From an uncultured Verrucomicrobiae bacterium (GTDB lineage: Bacteria; Verrucomicrobiota; Verrucomicrobiia; Limisphaerales; Palsa-1400), in the NCBI GenBank assembly GCA_963764165.1, contig CAVXRD010000001.1, forward strand, positions 1,152,001 through 1,216,000: 64,000 nt of DNA, given 5' to 3'. This document shows, piece after piece, positions 1 through 8,769 of this stretch. Below the pieces are notes generated by a model. That model was given only the letters and a program-made list of their open reading frames with translations, searched no databases and was not told where the DNA came from. Made by a program: the position numbers and the translations under genes. Numbering within the stretch: the stretch's first letter is position 1; each line of letters starts with the position of its first letter.

Positions 1-3000
1 TGAAGCCCGGGCCATAATAAATTCAAAGTTGCCAAACTCATTGACTCCCAGCGCATAGCCCGCGTTGGTGCTGCTATTCTGGGTGTAGATAATAGCTTGA
101 AGGTTCGATTGATAGTAGGACGAATAGAGTTGATCAACCTGGACCCAGGCTTCCAAGGTGAATTGCGAAGGCTTGAGGGAAGCGGAATTGGGGACAAGAA
201 CGCCAGCGTTTGTTCCATCGAAATAAAAAGCCTCGCCAACGACACCTTCTGCAAAACTCACACCACCGAGCCCCGTCCCGTTGTTGGTTCCGGCGGCATC
301 GAGAAACGACCATTCGCCCTTCCACCAACCCGCCAGTCCGGACGGGGGTGAAATGCATTCCAGACTGCTCTCAACAAGAACCGTTCTCGTGGCGATCGAC
401 GTCAGCCCACTTGCGCCCGCAGCGGAGTAGGTCAGGGTGTAGCGGCCAGCAACGGCCGTATTCACGCTGCCTGATTCCGTGACGACGATGGACGGATTGC
501 ACGCATCCGCAGCGGTGGCGCCCGGGTCGGCGAAAGCCTGGTTCAGCAGCACCTGCATGGGATTCGCCCCTGTGATCACGATGGTGGGAGCCGTGCTGGG
601 CGAGCAAATCACATTCACGATTCGAGCTACGATGGCGGAGGCCCCAAAGGCGTTTGTTGCCTGGTAATTCAGAACGTAGGCGCCCAAAACACTCGTGTTG
701 ACAGTGCCAAAAGTGGTCACCGCCAGCGAAGCTCCCCCGCAGCCATCGGTGGCGGAAGCGCCCGGATCGACGAAAGAGCCATTCAGCGGAATATTTGTTA
801 TCGCAGAACCCGCCAATATGATACGCGGCGCAGTCGTGGCGGGAAACGAGAGCGTGACAGGCCCGCTGGTGACACTGACAGAGGCGGCCGCCACAATTAC
901 CGTGTAGAAATTCTGGGAGGACGAGCCTGTCAGATTGCTCAATGCCAGCGTGGAGTTGGTGGCCCCGGCAATCAGATTTGTGCCGAAGGAATACCACTGA
1001 TAGCTAAGCGATGCCGGCCCGCCCGCGAGGGCTGAGAGCATGGCGCTTCCACTGCAGCTTACAGTTGGATTGCCGGGCTGAACCAGAAACAGAGAATTCT
1101 GCGGCTGAATTCGAAAAACGGACCCTTCGCCATTCGTGCCGCCATATTCCGTGGTGCCGTACAGGTTTCCGTCGGATCCTTGGATGACTCCGACTGGATC
1201 ATCCCCATAGAACTCTTGCAAGGTAGTCACCAGGCCGGCTGGCGTCATCTTGAAGACGCTGTATGCGGTTGTGCCGTAAAGATTGCCATCGACGCCGAAT
1301 ACGAGGCTGTTTGGGCTGGCGTCACTGAAAGAATAGAGCGTGGTAAAAATCCCGTCGGGCGCCAGCTTGAATGCGGTGCCGCTGCCATAATTCCCCCCAC
1401 TCGTGCAAATGCCATAAATGCTGCCATCCGGTCCGTGCGCGAGTGTGTTGATTGGATAATAGCCGTCGGACTCGGAAAAGTAATGAAGCGGGCTAAAGCC
1501 GCCATATGGCGTCAGCTCATAAAGCGCGCCGTAACCATACTCACCGCCAAACCGGGTGGTTCCATAAAAATTCCCATCAGCGCCCACGATCAATCCGCCA
1601 TCTGGTTCGTAACCTTCCCCGTTATAATAATCGAAGTCGAAGAGATCTCCCGCACCGCCGCCTGGCTCCACGAAGAATACGCTGCCGTCATCGTAATAGT
1701 AATAGTAGTTGTCGGATCCGCCGTAGTAAGCGGCGCCATAGAACGCGCCGTCAGGCCCCTGGGTCAAACCGGAGAAGTACCCGCCCGACAAAGAAGCCAG
1801 ATTCGTCAGCGCGCCTGATGCGCTTATTTTAAACGCAGTGCCGCCGTCAACATTTCCGCCCAGGGACGTCGTGCCGTAGAAATTACCGTCGGCTCCCTGG
1901 GTAAGCGGAGCATCCGGCTTGGCGCCATTGTTGCCTGGAGTGAACGCGTAGCGGGTGGCGAGCGTCCCATTCGTTCCCAGTTCAAAAAAAGTCCCGCTCG
2001 AATAAGCGCCGCCTTGAGCCAGCCCATAGAGATTTCCATCCGCACCAAAGGTCACACCCGACAGCGGGCCATAGCCATCGTTGAATCCGGTGAAACTCCA
2101 TAAATTTGAAACCAGGCCCGAGGCCGACACTTCAAACACACCGCCCTGCGAATTGGCCCCGCCATCCAAGGTGGTCCCGATGAATGAACCATTTGAGATC
2201 ACCAGCAATGGACCGGTCGGGGTTGCCCCGTCGGTTCCACCAGCGAAGGCGTGCAAGACCTGCTGCCCGCCGCTTTTTGAAATAACAAACAATGTCCCCC
2301 TTGCGCTATCTCCGCCAGACTCGGTGGTTCCGTAAAGATTTCCATCCACACCCTCGGCCAGGCTGATCGGGTACGCTCCGTCGCCGTTTGTTTCACCACC
2401 CGCTGGGAGTCCGCTGAAGGAATACAAAGTGGTGGCGTCGCCCGCTGGGCTGATCGATAACACCGCGCCGGTTCCATTGACCCCGCCGTACTCTGCGGTT
2501 GCATAAAACTGTCCGTTGCTGGTTTGAATCAACGAGGTAATCTCGCCGCTGTATCCTGGAAAGACGGATAGAACTCCCGCCGCGCTGAGCTTAAAGAAGG
2601 CGCCCGTGCCATTCGTGCCGGCCTCGAGGGTGCCGTAAAGGTTGCCATCGCTTCCCCGCAGGAGGCTCGTTGGAATGGCATATCCCGAATTATTGGTGAA
2701 CGAGCGCACCGTCTTGAACTGGCCGCTGGCTGTCAGTTCAAAGATGACTCCGCCACCGCCGCTCCCGTCGGCGGCAGCGCCGAAAAAGCCGCCGTTCGTG
2801 CCAGGCACTAAAGGCAGGTAAGGATTCGCGCCGTCGTTGCCATCTCCGAAGGCATAGATCGTCGTGAGTTGCCCGGACGGAGTCACTTTGAACAAAGTCC
2901 CATATCCTTGGGAAGAGCTGTAACTCTCCCGTCCGTTGCCGCCGTACTCGGTTGTTCCATAGAAGTTTCCATCGCTCCCCAGCGTTAAAGGCGTCTGAGG

Positions 3001-5940
3001 ATCGAATCCGCCAAATGTGTTGGTGAAGTAATATAGCGTCGACAAGCTGCCGGCCGGTGTTATTGAGAATACCGTGCCATTGCTGCCAAGCCCCCCATTG
3101 TAGGTTGTCCCATAGAACTTGCCGTCGGTGCCCTCGACTAGGCCGGCCGTGGGATTTGCGCCGTCGATATTTGTCGTGCTTGCGTAATTCATCGCCGAAA
3201 ACGAATACAGCGTCGTAAATTCGGAAGACGGGGTGGAGTCGATCGACCGTGCCGAACTGAATGATTCTCCAGCGGCGTTGCTTACTATGACGGAATAGTC
3301 CCCAAGGCTATTTTGCGGATTGGAGATAATCAAGACCGCGTTTGTCGAACCGGTGATGCCTCCTTGGTCCGCGGCGTTGAGTCCGTTAACCAGCCATTGG
3401 TAGGTCTCCGTGCCGTTGCCAGTCGCAATTCCAAGGACCAATTCCTGCCCGACGGTTTCTGCCACTTCAATTTGGAGTGCTTGAACCGGGGCTGCCGCGC
3501 CCGTGACCTCGAAGATGGTGCCACTGGAGTTGGTGCCACCTTCCTGGGCCATGCCGTAAAGGACGCCCCTGGCATCTTGAATCAAACCATTAGGCTCATC
3601 CCCGTCCACACCGTTGGTAAATGTGTAGAGGTTCATCAAGGTACCGGAGGCGGGATCGACTTCGAAAACCGTGCCGTCGGAATAAAAACCGCCGCCGCTA
3701 GAGGAGGTCCCATATAGGTCCCCATTTGCGCCCAGCAGCAACGCAGATGACGGGCCGCTGCCATCATCTTCCCCGAGGAAGGAATAAAGCAGAGAATACG
3801 CGCCATTCGTCCCAATCTGGAAAATGGTTCCGCTGCCGCTGGCGCCACCATTGCCCGTAGTGCCATACATGACGCCATTGCTGGCCAAAATCAGCCCGCC
3901 CGGATACGCGCCGTCGCTGTAGTCTGCAAAGACGTGAAGCGTCGTCAGTGTTCCGGAAGGTGACAACCGGAAGACGGTCCCCATTCCGCCACCAGCGCCA
4001 CCGTATAAGGTCGTGCCATAGAACATTCCATCGGGCGCTTGAACCAAACCGCCAGCCGGCTGATAGCCATCGACATAATCACCGCTTTCGTTCGTGACCG
4101 AGGCAAACCGGTGGAAAACGCTAAGCGTTCCAGAAGGCGTCATTTTAAATGCCACACCTCCGTCGTTATATCTATTGGTGCTACCACCGAACTGCGTTGT
4201 CCCATAGAAGTTCCCGTCGCGGCCCTCTACCAGGGCCCCAGCCGGAGATTCGCCATCCAGGTTATCGCCCGTCTGGTTAGTGATCTGCCCAAACGAGTAT
4301 AGGCTCGAAAACGCGCCCGAGGGAGTCAGCTTGAAAATGGTGCCTTCATAATGAGCGCCCCCCTCCAAGGTAGTGCCGTAGAAATTGCCATCGCTTCCCT
4401 GAACGAGCGGGGCTGACGGGTCGGCCCCATCGCTGTCGGTGAACGCGTGAAGACTCGTAGGCGCATGACCGACCACAAATTTGAAGATAGTCCCAAAACC
4501 ATTCGGCCCCGCCGCACCCGTCACGCCGTAGAAAGCTCCATCCGCGCCCTGCACTAACGCGGCGGTGGGATTGGCCCCGTCGGCGTTCTCATTAGCGGGT
4601 TCGCTAAACGAATATAAATTAGAGTAGAGTCCCGCCGGCGACAGGTTAAACACAGTGCCCCCTCCCTGCAACCCGCCGTCTCGTGTCGTTCCATAAAAGA
4701 CGCCGTTGCTTGCCAGCGTAAGCGCGGCGGCAGGTTCGGATCCGCCCGAATAAACGCCAAAGTCATGCACCGTCGTCAATTGGCCTGTGGAAGTCAGCTT
4801 GAAAACTGTTCCGCCGCCATAATCATAATAGGAGTCCGAACCATTGGTGCCACCGAAGGCCGTGGTGCCGTAGAAGTTACCGTCCATCCCCAGCGCCAGC
4901 CCAGCGCCTGGACTTGCGCCATCAATAAATTCGCCTTGGCTGTTTGTCACCGACCCAAAGAGATACAGTGTCGATAAAACGCCGCTTCCCGTGATTTTGA
5001 ACACGGTTCCGGGCCCTTCGTAATCAAAGTAGTTAAAATTGGTATTTCCCCCGCCGCTTGTCGTGCCGTAGAATATTCCATTCGAGTCCTGAATAAGGCC
5101 GCCATTTGGGAATGCGCCATCCAATGGGTTGCCATCGCCATTTGTGGCGGCACCGAAGGAATAAAGGCACGTCAGCGCGCCGCTCGGCGTGATTTTGAAC
5201 AGCGTGCCATAGCCATTCGTTCCGCCGTGGGTGGCAGCGCCGTAGAAATTGCCGTCGGAGCCGAAAAGCAAAGTTCCGGCAGGAGACTCTCCATCCACCC
5301 TATCCCCGCCTGCATCCGTTAGAGAGCCGAAGGAATACAGATTCGTAAAAGCCCCAGCCTCGGTTATCTTGAAAATGGCGCCCCAGCCGTACACCCCACC
5401 GTCCTCCGTGGCGCCGTACAAGTTTCCGCTCGCGTCGAGCGCCAACGCGCCGACAGGATACGAGCCTTCGGCATAATTACCAAAGCTGTGCAGCAGGGTA
5501 AACTGCCCGTTTGTCCCCCACCGGAAGACAACACCGTAATTATTTGATCCGCTGCCGGCTGTGCCGTAGAAATTGCCGTCTGCCCCTTTTACCAATCCAT
5601 TTGGCGCGCTCCCGTCAGCGCCGCCGCCGAACGAATAAAGGTTGGTAAGCGTTCCATTAGAAGAAACCATAAAGATCGCGCCCGACCCGTTCGTTCCGCC
5701 TGCGCTCGCGGTCCCCAAAAAAGCGCCATTGGAAACCGCCACAAGCGCAGACGCTGGATATGCTCCGCTCGCATTTGCATTGTAAATCACTGGCCCAAAG
5801 GAATACAGTGGAACGAGGCCAGCCTTGGCCGAGTTCGCCAGGAAAACGATCAAAATCGCCAAAGAATGCGCGATCGACTTCATGCAGTTTGACAGGGGAT
5901 TCCGCTCGTAAGAGCGGTTAAAGGAGGAGGTTGTATTCAT
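1..5940 (-). CDS. Giant secreted beta-propeller (choice-of-anchor GloVer-type tandem repeat) surface protein with Ig-like, two DUF5011-like and LamG domains; 3' end runs off the window
   Basis: Absent from the ORF track because no stop lies in the window. Manual translation from ATG 5940 (alternative ATG 5883, MKSIAHSLAILIVFLANSAKA signal peptide) gives many GxxPxxxL..DGNFYGTT.GG..GTVFK repeats. Frame spot-checked at 3301-3360 (GITGSTNAVLIISN), 301-360 (PPSGLAGWWKGE) and 121-180 (FTLEAWV, LamG-like); all share the same frame. Confidence 0.88.
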   Translation of the reverse strand, partial: MNTTSSFNRSYERNPLSNCMKSIAHSLAILIVFLANSAKAGLVPLYSFGPVIYNANASGAYPASALVAVSNGAFLGTASAGGTNGSGAIFMVSSNGTLTNLYSFGGGADGSAPNGLVKGADGNFYGTAGSGSNNYGVVFRWGTNGQFTLLHSFGNYAEGSYPVGALALDASGNLYGATEDGGVYGWGAIFKITEAGAFTNLYSFGSLTDAGGDRVDGESPAGTLLFGSDGNFYGAATHGGTNGYGTLFKITPSGALTCLYSFGAATNGDGNPLDGAFPNGGLIQDSNGIFYGTTSGGGNTNFNYFDYEGPGTVFKITGSGVLSTLYLFGSVTNSQGEFIDGASPGAGLALGMDGNFYGTTAFGGTNGSDSYYDYGGGTVFKLTSTGQLTTVHDFGVYSGGSEPAAALTLASNGVFYGTTRDGGLQGGGTVFNLSPAGLYSNLYSFSEPANENADGANPTAALVQGADGAFYGVTGAAGPNGFGTIFKFVVGHAPTSLHAFTDSDGADPSAPLVQGSDGNFYGTTLEGGAHYEGTIFKLTPSGAFSSLYSFGQITNQTGDNLDGESPAGALVEGRDGNFYGTTQFGGSTNRYNDGGVAFKMTPSGTLSVFHRFASVTNESGDYVDGYQPAGGLVQAPDGMFYGTTLYGGAGGGMGTVFRLSPSGTLTTLHVFADYSDGAYPGGLILASNGVMYGTTGNGGASGSGTIFQIGTNGAYSLLYSFLGEDDGSGPSSALLLGANGDLYGTSSSGGGFYSDGTVFEVDPASGTLMNLYTFTNGVDGDEPNGLIQDARGVLYGMAQEGGTNSSGTIFEVTGAAAPVQALQIEVAETVGQELVLGIATGNGTETYQWLVNGLNAADQGGITGSTNAVLIISNPQNSLGDYSVIVSNAAGESFSSARSIDSTPSSEFTTLYSFSAMNYASTTNIDGANPTAGLVEGTDGKFYGTTYNGGLGSNGTVFSITPAGSLSTLYYFTNTFGGFDPQTPLTLGSDGNFYGTTEYGGNGRESYSSSQGYGTLFKVTPSGQLTTIYAFGDGNDGANPYLPLVPGTNGGFFGAAADGSGGGGVIFELTASGQFKTVRSFTNNSGYAIPTSLLRGSDGNLYGTLEAGTNGTGAFFKLSAAGVLSVFPGYSGEITSLIQTSNGQFYATAEYGGVNGTGAVLSISPAGDATTLYSFSGLPAGGETNGDGAYPISLAEGVDGNLYGTTESGGDSARGTLFVISKSGGQQVLHAFAGGTDGATPTGPLLVISNGSFIGTTLDGGANSQGGVFEVSASGLVSNLWSFTGFNDGYGPLSGVTFGADGNLYGLAQGGAYSSGTFFELGTNGTLATRYAFTPGNNGAKPDAPLTQGADGNFYGTTSLGGNVDGGTAFKISASGALTNLASLSGGYFSGLTQGPDGAFYGAAYYGGSDNYYYYYDDGSVFFVEPGGGAGDLFDFDYYNGEGYEPDGGLIVGADGNFYGTTRFGGEYGYGALYELTPYGGFSPLHYFSESDGYYPINTLAHGPDGSIYGICTSGGNYGSGTAFKLAPDGIFTTLYSFSDASPNSLVFGVDGNLYGTTAYSVFKMTPAGLVTTLQEFYGDDPVGVIQGSDGNLYGTTEYGGTNGEGSVFRIQPQNSLFLVQPGNPTVSCSGSAMLSALAGGPASLSYQWYSFGTNLIAGATNSTLALSNLTGSSSQNFYTVIVAAASVSVTSGPVTLSFPATTAPRIILAGSAITNIPLNGSFVDPGASATDGCGGASLAVTTFGTVNTSVLGAYVLNYQATNAFGASAIVARIVNVICSPSTAPTIVITGANPMQVLLNQAFADPGATAADACNPSIVVTESGSVNTAVAGRYTLTYSAAGASGLTSIATRTVLVESSLECISPPSGLAGWWKGEWSFLDAAGTNNGTGLGGVSFAEGVVGEAFYFDGTNAGVLVPNSASLKPSQFTLEAWVQVDQLYSSYYQSNLQAIIYTQNSSTNAGYALGVNEFGNFEFIMARAS

Positions 5941-6155
5941 AAGCAAGGCGAGCATGAAGATTTGGTTGGCTTGCGGCTTGGGAAATGGCAATGACTGTGG
6001 AGAGTTTCGTTTGAACCAAAAACGGGCTTCCCATTTCACGCAGCCATTTCCTAAACTGACAATCTAAGAATTTTAGGCTGAAGTCAACCGAATATTGGCG
6101 AAGATTCCCATTTACAGTTCCGCAATCGAATCAACGCTTGGAACAACTGATAGCT

Positions 6156-6207
6156 AAGAAAGAGAGCCCGCCCAAGCCCGAAGGCCAAGGCGAACTCCCT
6201 CTTTCCC
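6156..6207 (-). terminator. Long hairpin with a cUUCGg loop followed by a U-rich tail; probable intrinsic terminator
   Basis: Minus strand GAAAGAGGGAGTTCGCCTTGGCC-TTCG-GGCTTGGGCGGGCTCTCTTTCTT; several G-U pairs form only on the minus strand. Confidence 0.6.
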
Positions 6208-6314
6208 TAACCGGCGTAACGGACCCCTTGCCGAGGGCTTTGTGTTGCTCGTAGGCGATTAAAGGCGGCGTTCAAACCTGCAGGCCGTTCGTTCCCGTAT
6301 GGCATCGAGGTTCT

Positions 6315-6601
6315 GTTGCCGTCCAAACGCTGGCGAAAAACACTTGCGGCGTCGTCCACAGTCATGCGTCCAGATTCAACCGATAAAACATCCTCCCCAT
6401 CTCCTTCTGTTTGGAACGAGCGAAATCAGCAAGCCGAAGCTTGGCTACACTGATGACGGTCGTCTTTAAAGTTTGTCGAAAAAGCTTGCCCTTAATGCGA
6501 ACACGGGCGAAATAAACGCCAGATGGCTTGTAACGCACGAGGTTTGCGACCGGGATTTTTACCCAGGCATTTTGATGCGGCTCAGCTTGGCCCGATTTCA
6601 T
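6315..6601 (-). pseudogene. N-terminal remnant of a tyrosine integrase, frameshifted and truncated
   Basis: VANLVRYKPSGVYFARVRIKGKLFRQTLKT..VAKLRLADF is an arm-binding-like N-terminus. After the G-run at 6395-6398 another frame continues EDVLSVESGRMTVDDAASVFRQRLDGN. No catalytic domain follows. Adjacent to a tRNA. Confidence 0.7.
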
Positions 6602-6670
6602 GCGCTCAGTATCAGATTGTCGATTCGGGAACCTCGACGTTGCTCATAAGTCGCTGATTAATAATTTATT

Positions 6671-6746
6671 GGGCCCGTAGCTCAGGGGTTAGAGCAGGCG
6701 ACTCATAATCGCTTGGTCGCAGGTTCGAAACCTGCCGGGCCCACCA
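6671..6746 (+). tRNA. tRNA with CAT anticodon, most likely tRNA-Ile2 (lysidine-modified)
   Basis: GGGCCCG acceptor stem, TAGCTCAG D-arm, GGCGA-CTCATAA-TCGCT anticodon arm, GGTTCGAAACC T-arm, encoded CCA. The anticodon arm resembles enterobacterial ileX as I recall it. Confidence 0.93.
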
Positions 6747-6927
6747 TTTCGTCCTCTCCATCCGGCCAACGGCACGGAGACAGACGAAATCCAACGCCGC
6801 CAGGCGATTGACGATATTCTGGATGAGGTCCTGCGCGAGAAACCTTCGGCAATGAGCGCGGCGAAAATCCTTGAAGAATCGCGGCGGTGAGAGCCTGCGC
6901 GGACAGCAGCTTCATCCTTCGATTGCC
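6747..6927 (+). pseudogene. Fragment of a vapBC-type toxin-antitoxin operon (antitoxin C-terminus plus PIN toxin N-terminus)
   Basis: A startless frame ends ETDEIQRRQAIDDILDEVLREKPSAMSAAKILEESRR* and overlaps (GTGA, 6887-6890) MRACADSSFILRL, which resembles the PIN-domain first strand motif. Similarity is lost afterwards. Confidence 0.5.
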
Positions 6928-6943
6928 GCTCCTTGCGCATCAA

Positions 6944-7636
6944 TTAATCGCCGAGTCCCGCCGCGCGCATCTTTTTCTGAGCGGCTTCTGTGTCATATGG
7001 CACGCGGCGCAATTCGATGGTTCGTTCGTCTTCGTTGTAAATGGCGTAGGTGGCTTTCCGATTTCCGTCTCGTGATTGGCCGACCGAACCGGGATTCACG
7101 AAGTAGCGTTTCGCTGGGTCCACCTTGAATTTGCCGTAGGTTCCGCCGCGAACGGCCGTTTCCTGGATAAAAGCAGCGGGCACATGCGTATGGCCGAAGA
7201 AGCAAAGGGGCGTCGTCTGACTCGCGAAACTGGCGGCCGCGGCGACCTTCTCAAAAACATATCCCCAAAGATCCGGTCGAGCCAAATTGGCGTGGACAAG
7301 GGTGAAGTCGCGCGCAACCACCACATACGGCAGCGCGCGCAACCACTGGCGCTCGTCTTCAGTGAGTTGTGTGCGCGTCCACTGCACTCCTTTGGCGGCG
7401 ATTGGATTGAAGTTTTCGAGAGGCAAATCACTTGCGCTGTATTCATCGTGATTGCCCTTGACGCAGGGCGCATTCAACCCGCGCACCAGGGAGAGGCATG
7501 CCTTGGGATCTGCTCCGTAGCCAACGAAATCGCCTAGAAATGCGAATTGCGCGCAACCAAAACCCATCGCATCCGCGAGCACCGCTTGGAGGGCTTCGAG
7601 GTTTGCATGGATATCAGCCATGATCGCGACTTTCAC
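6944..7636 (-). CDS. Metallophosphoesterase family protein (calcineurin-like)
   Basis: DIHAN, GDFVGYG, GNHD, GHTH and NPGSVGQ motifs. Confidence 0.93.
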   Translation of the reverse strand: MKVAIMADIHANLEALQAVLADAMGFGCAQFAFLGDFVGYGADPKACLSLVRGLNAPCVKGNHDEYSASDLPLENFNPIAAKGVQWTRTQLTEDERQWLRALPYVVVARDFTLVHANLARPDLWGYVFEKVAAAASFASQTTPLCFFGHTHVPAAFIQETAVRGGTYGKFKVDPAKRYFVNPGSVGQSRDGNRKATYAIYNEDERTIELRRVPYDTEAAQKKMRAAGLGD

Positions 7637-7695
7637 GCCAAGGAATGATTATCAATTAAATGCTTCAATGGCGAGAAACGAAAACTTTGCCGTCC

Positions 7696-7863
7696 TCAGG
7701 CCTTTTGCGAATTTTTCCGCAGCCAGCCGGCGTAATCTTTTTCGTTCAGCTTCCCGGCGGCCAGCGCCATTGTGCTCTCCACAACGGATTCTTCCGATGC
7801 CGTGAGAGCGTGTCCGTTTATCTCCAGAAAAACCGCGCCGACCAGAAACCCGGTCCGCTTATT
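7696..7863 (-). pseudogene. C-terminal fragment of a Doc/Fic-family toxin gene with a frameshift
   Basis: Reads NKRTGFLVGAVFLEINGHALTASEESVVESTMALAAGKLNEK, then after an extra A in an A-run DYAGWLRKNSQKA*. The HPFxDG half of the Fic motif and the start codon are missing. Confidence 0.7.
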
Positions 7864-7933
7864 ATAACATCAAGCCTCGGTTCGGTTGCGCTTTCCAGCC
7901 GCCTCGCGCAGATTGCAGCCAGCCGATTGTGTT

Positions 7934-8446
7934 ATGAAGGAAAACAGCATCAAGCCAGCGCACCCGGAGGTCCGGATCGGCCATGTTCATTTGAAAGTGG
8001 CCGATCTTGATCGGGCGATTGCGTTTTACCATGGTATTCTTGGATTCGAAGTGACGCAGAAATATGGGCGCCAGGCGGCTTTCCTTTCGGCGGGGGGCTA
8101 CCACCATCACATCGGACTCAATACTTGGGAGAGCCATGGCGGTTTGCCCGCGCCGCCCGGCCACACGGGTTTGTACCATCTCGCGATTCTCTATCCCACC
8201 CGCGCCGAACTGGCGGACGCGCTGCGCCGCCTTGTCGCGGCCGGCATCCCGCTGGAAGGCGCTTCTGACCACGGAGTCAGCGAAGCCCTCTATTTGCGCG
8301 ACCCCGATGGGAACGGAGTTGAACTTTACTGGGATCGCCCGAAGGAGCAATGGCCACGCAACGCGGAGGGCGGGATCGAGATGTTCTCGCAACCGCTCGA
8401 TCTTGGCGCTTTGATCAAAGAAGCGCCTCCCGCCGCACGTTCATGA
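7934..8446 (+). CDS. VOC/glyoxalase family protein (catechol 2,3-dioxygenase-like)
   Basis: IGHVHLKVADL, GGYHHHIGLNTW and DHGVSEALYLRDPDGNGVELY motifs. Start moved to ATG 7934. Confidence 0.92.
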   Translation: MKENSIKPAHPEVRIGHVHLKVADLDRAIAFYHGILGFEVTQKYGRQAAFLSAGGYHHHIGLNTWESHGGLPAPPGHTGLYHLAILYPTRAELADALRRLVAAGIPLEGASDHGVSEALYLRDPDGNGVELYWDRPKEQWPRNAEGGIEMFSQPLDLGALIKEAPPAARS

Positions 8447-8692
8447 AACCGGCTCGCCATCCGCTCCGTCGTTCCCGATGGAGTCGGTTGGGCAACCTTG
8501 GCGGCCTTCTTCCGCCGCCTTGAAATCCTCTGGCGTCGCAGGCTGCATGTAAGCGACCGACGATCCTATCTCGTCGTCACGTTTGAAAATGCCGGGGGCG
8601 GATGTGCGGCACATATCGCAGTCAGTGCAACTGTCATCCACGTAATAAGGCCCCGGAGCGTTTTGCGGTAATCTTTTCGCTTTGTCTGCCAT
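8441..8692 (-). CDS. Small ferredoxin
   Basis: YVDDSCTDCDMC...CPTDSIG iron-sulfur cysteine pattern, 83 aa. Confidence 0.9.
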   Translation of the reverse strand: MADKAKRLPQNAPGPYYVDDSCTDCDMCRTSAPGIFKRDDEIGSSVAYMQPATPEDFKAAEEGRQGCPTDSIGNDGADGEPVS

Positions 8693-8749
8693 AGTTTTTC
8701 CTTTCGAATTTCAGCACAATGCTACAGGGCTACCTGTATTGCGCAAAAT

Positions 8750-8769
8750 TCATTAATCTCATATAATGA
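8750..8769. promoter_or_regulatory. Inverted repeat between the divergent ferredoxin and LysR genes; possible LysR operator
   Basis: TCATTA-N8-TAATGA overlapping the lysR start, the usual position of an autoregulatory LTTR site. Confidence 0.35.

Noticed and set aside
97..5780. Many short ORFs on both strands
   Set aside because: Shadows of the giant minus-strand ORF 5940 to <1.
6200..6260. Possible c-di-GMP-I riboswitch upstream of the giant surface gene
   Set aside because: A small GCAA-containing hairpin and CAAAGCC are present, but I could not build the two-stem consensus, and the sequence continues the integrase remnant. An Rfam/Infernal scan would settle it.
6671..6746. Initiator tRNA-fMet assignment
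   Set aside because: It has a paired G1-C72 and lacks the three consecutive G-C anticodon-stem pairs; the arm resembles Ile2.
6601..8000. Intact genomic island with att repeats at the tRNA
   Set aside because: No duplicated tRNA end was found in the window and the integrase is a fragment.
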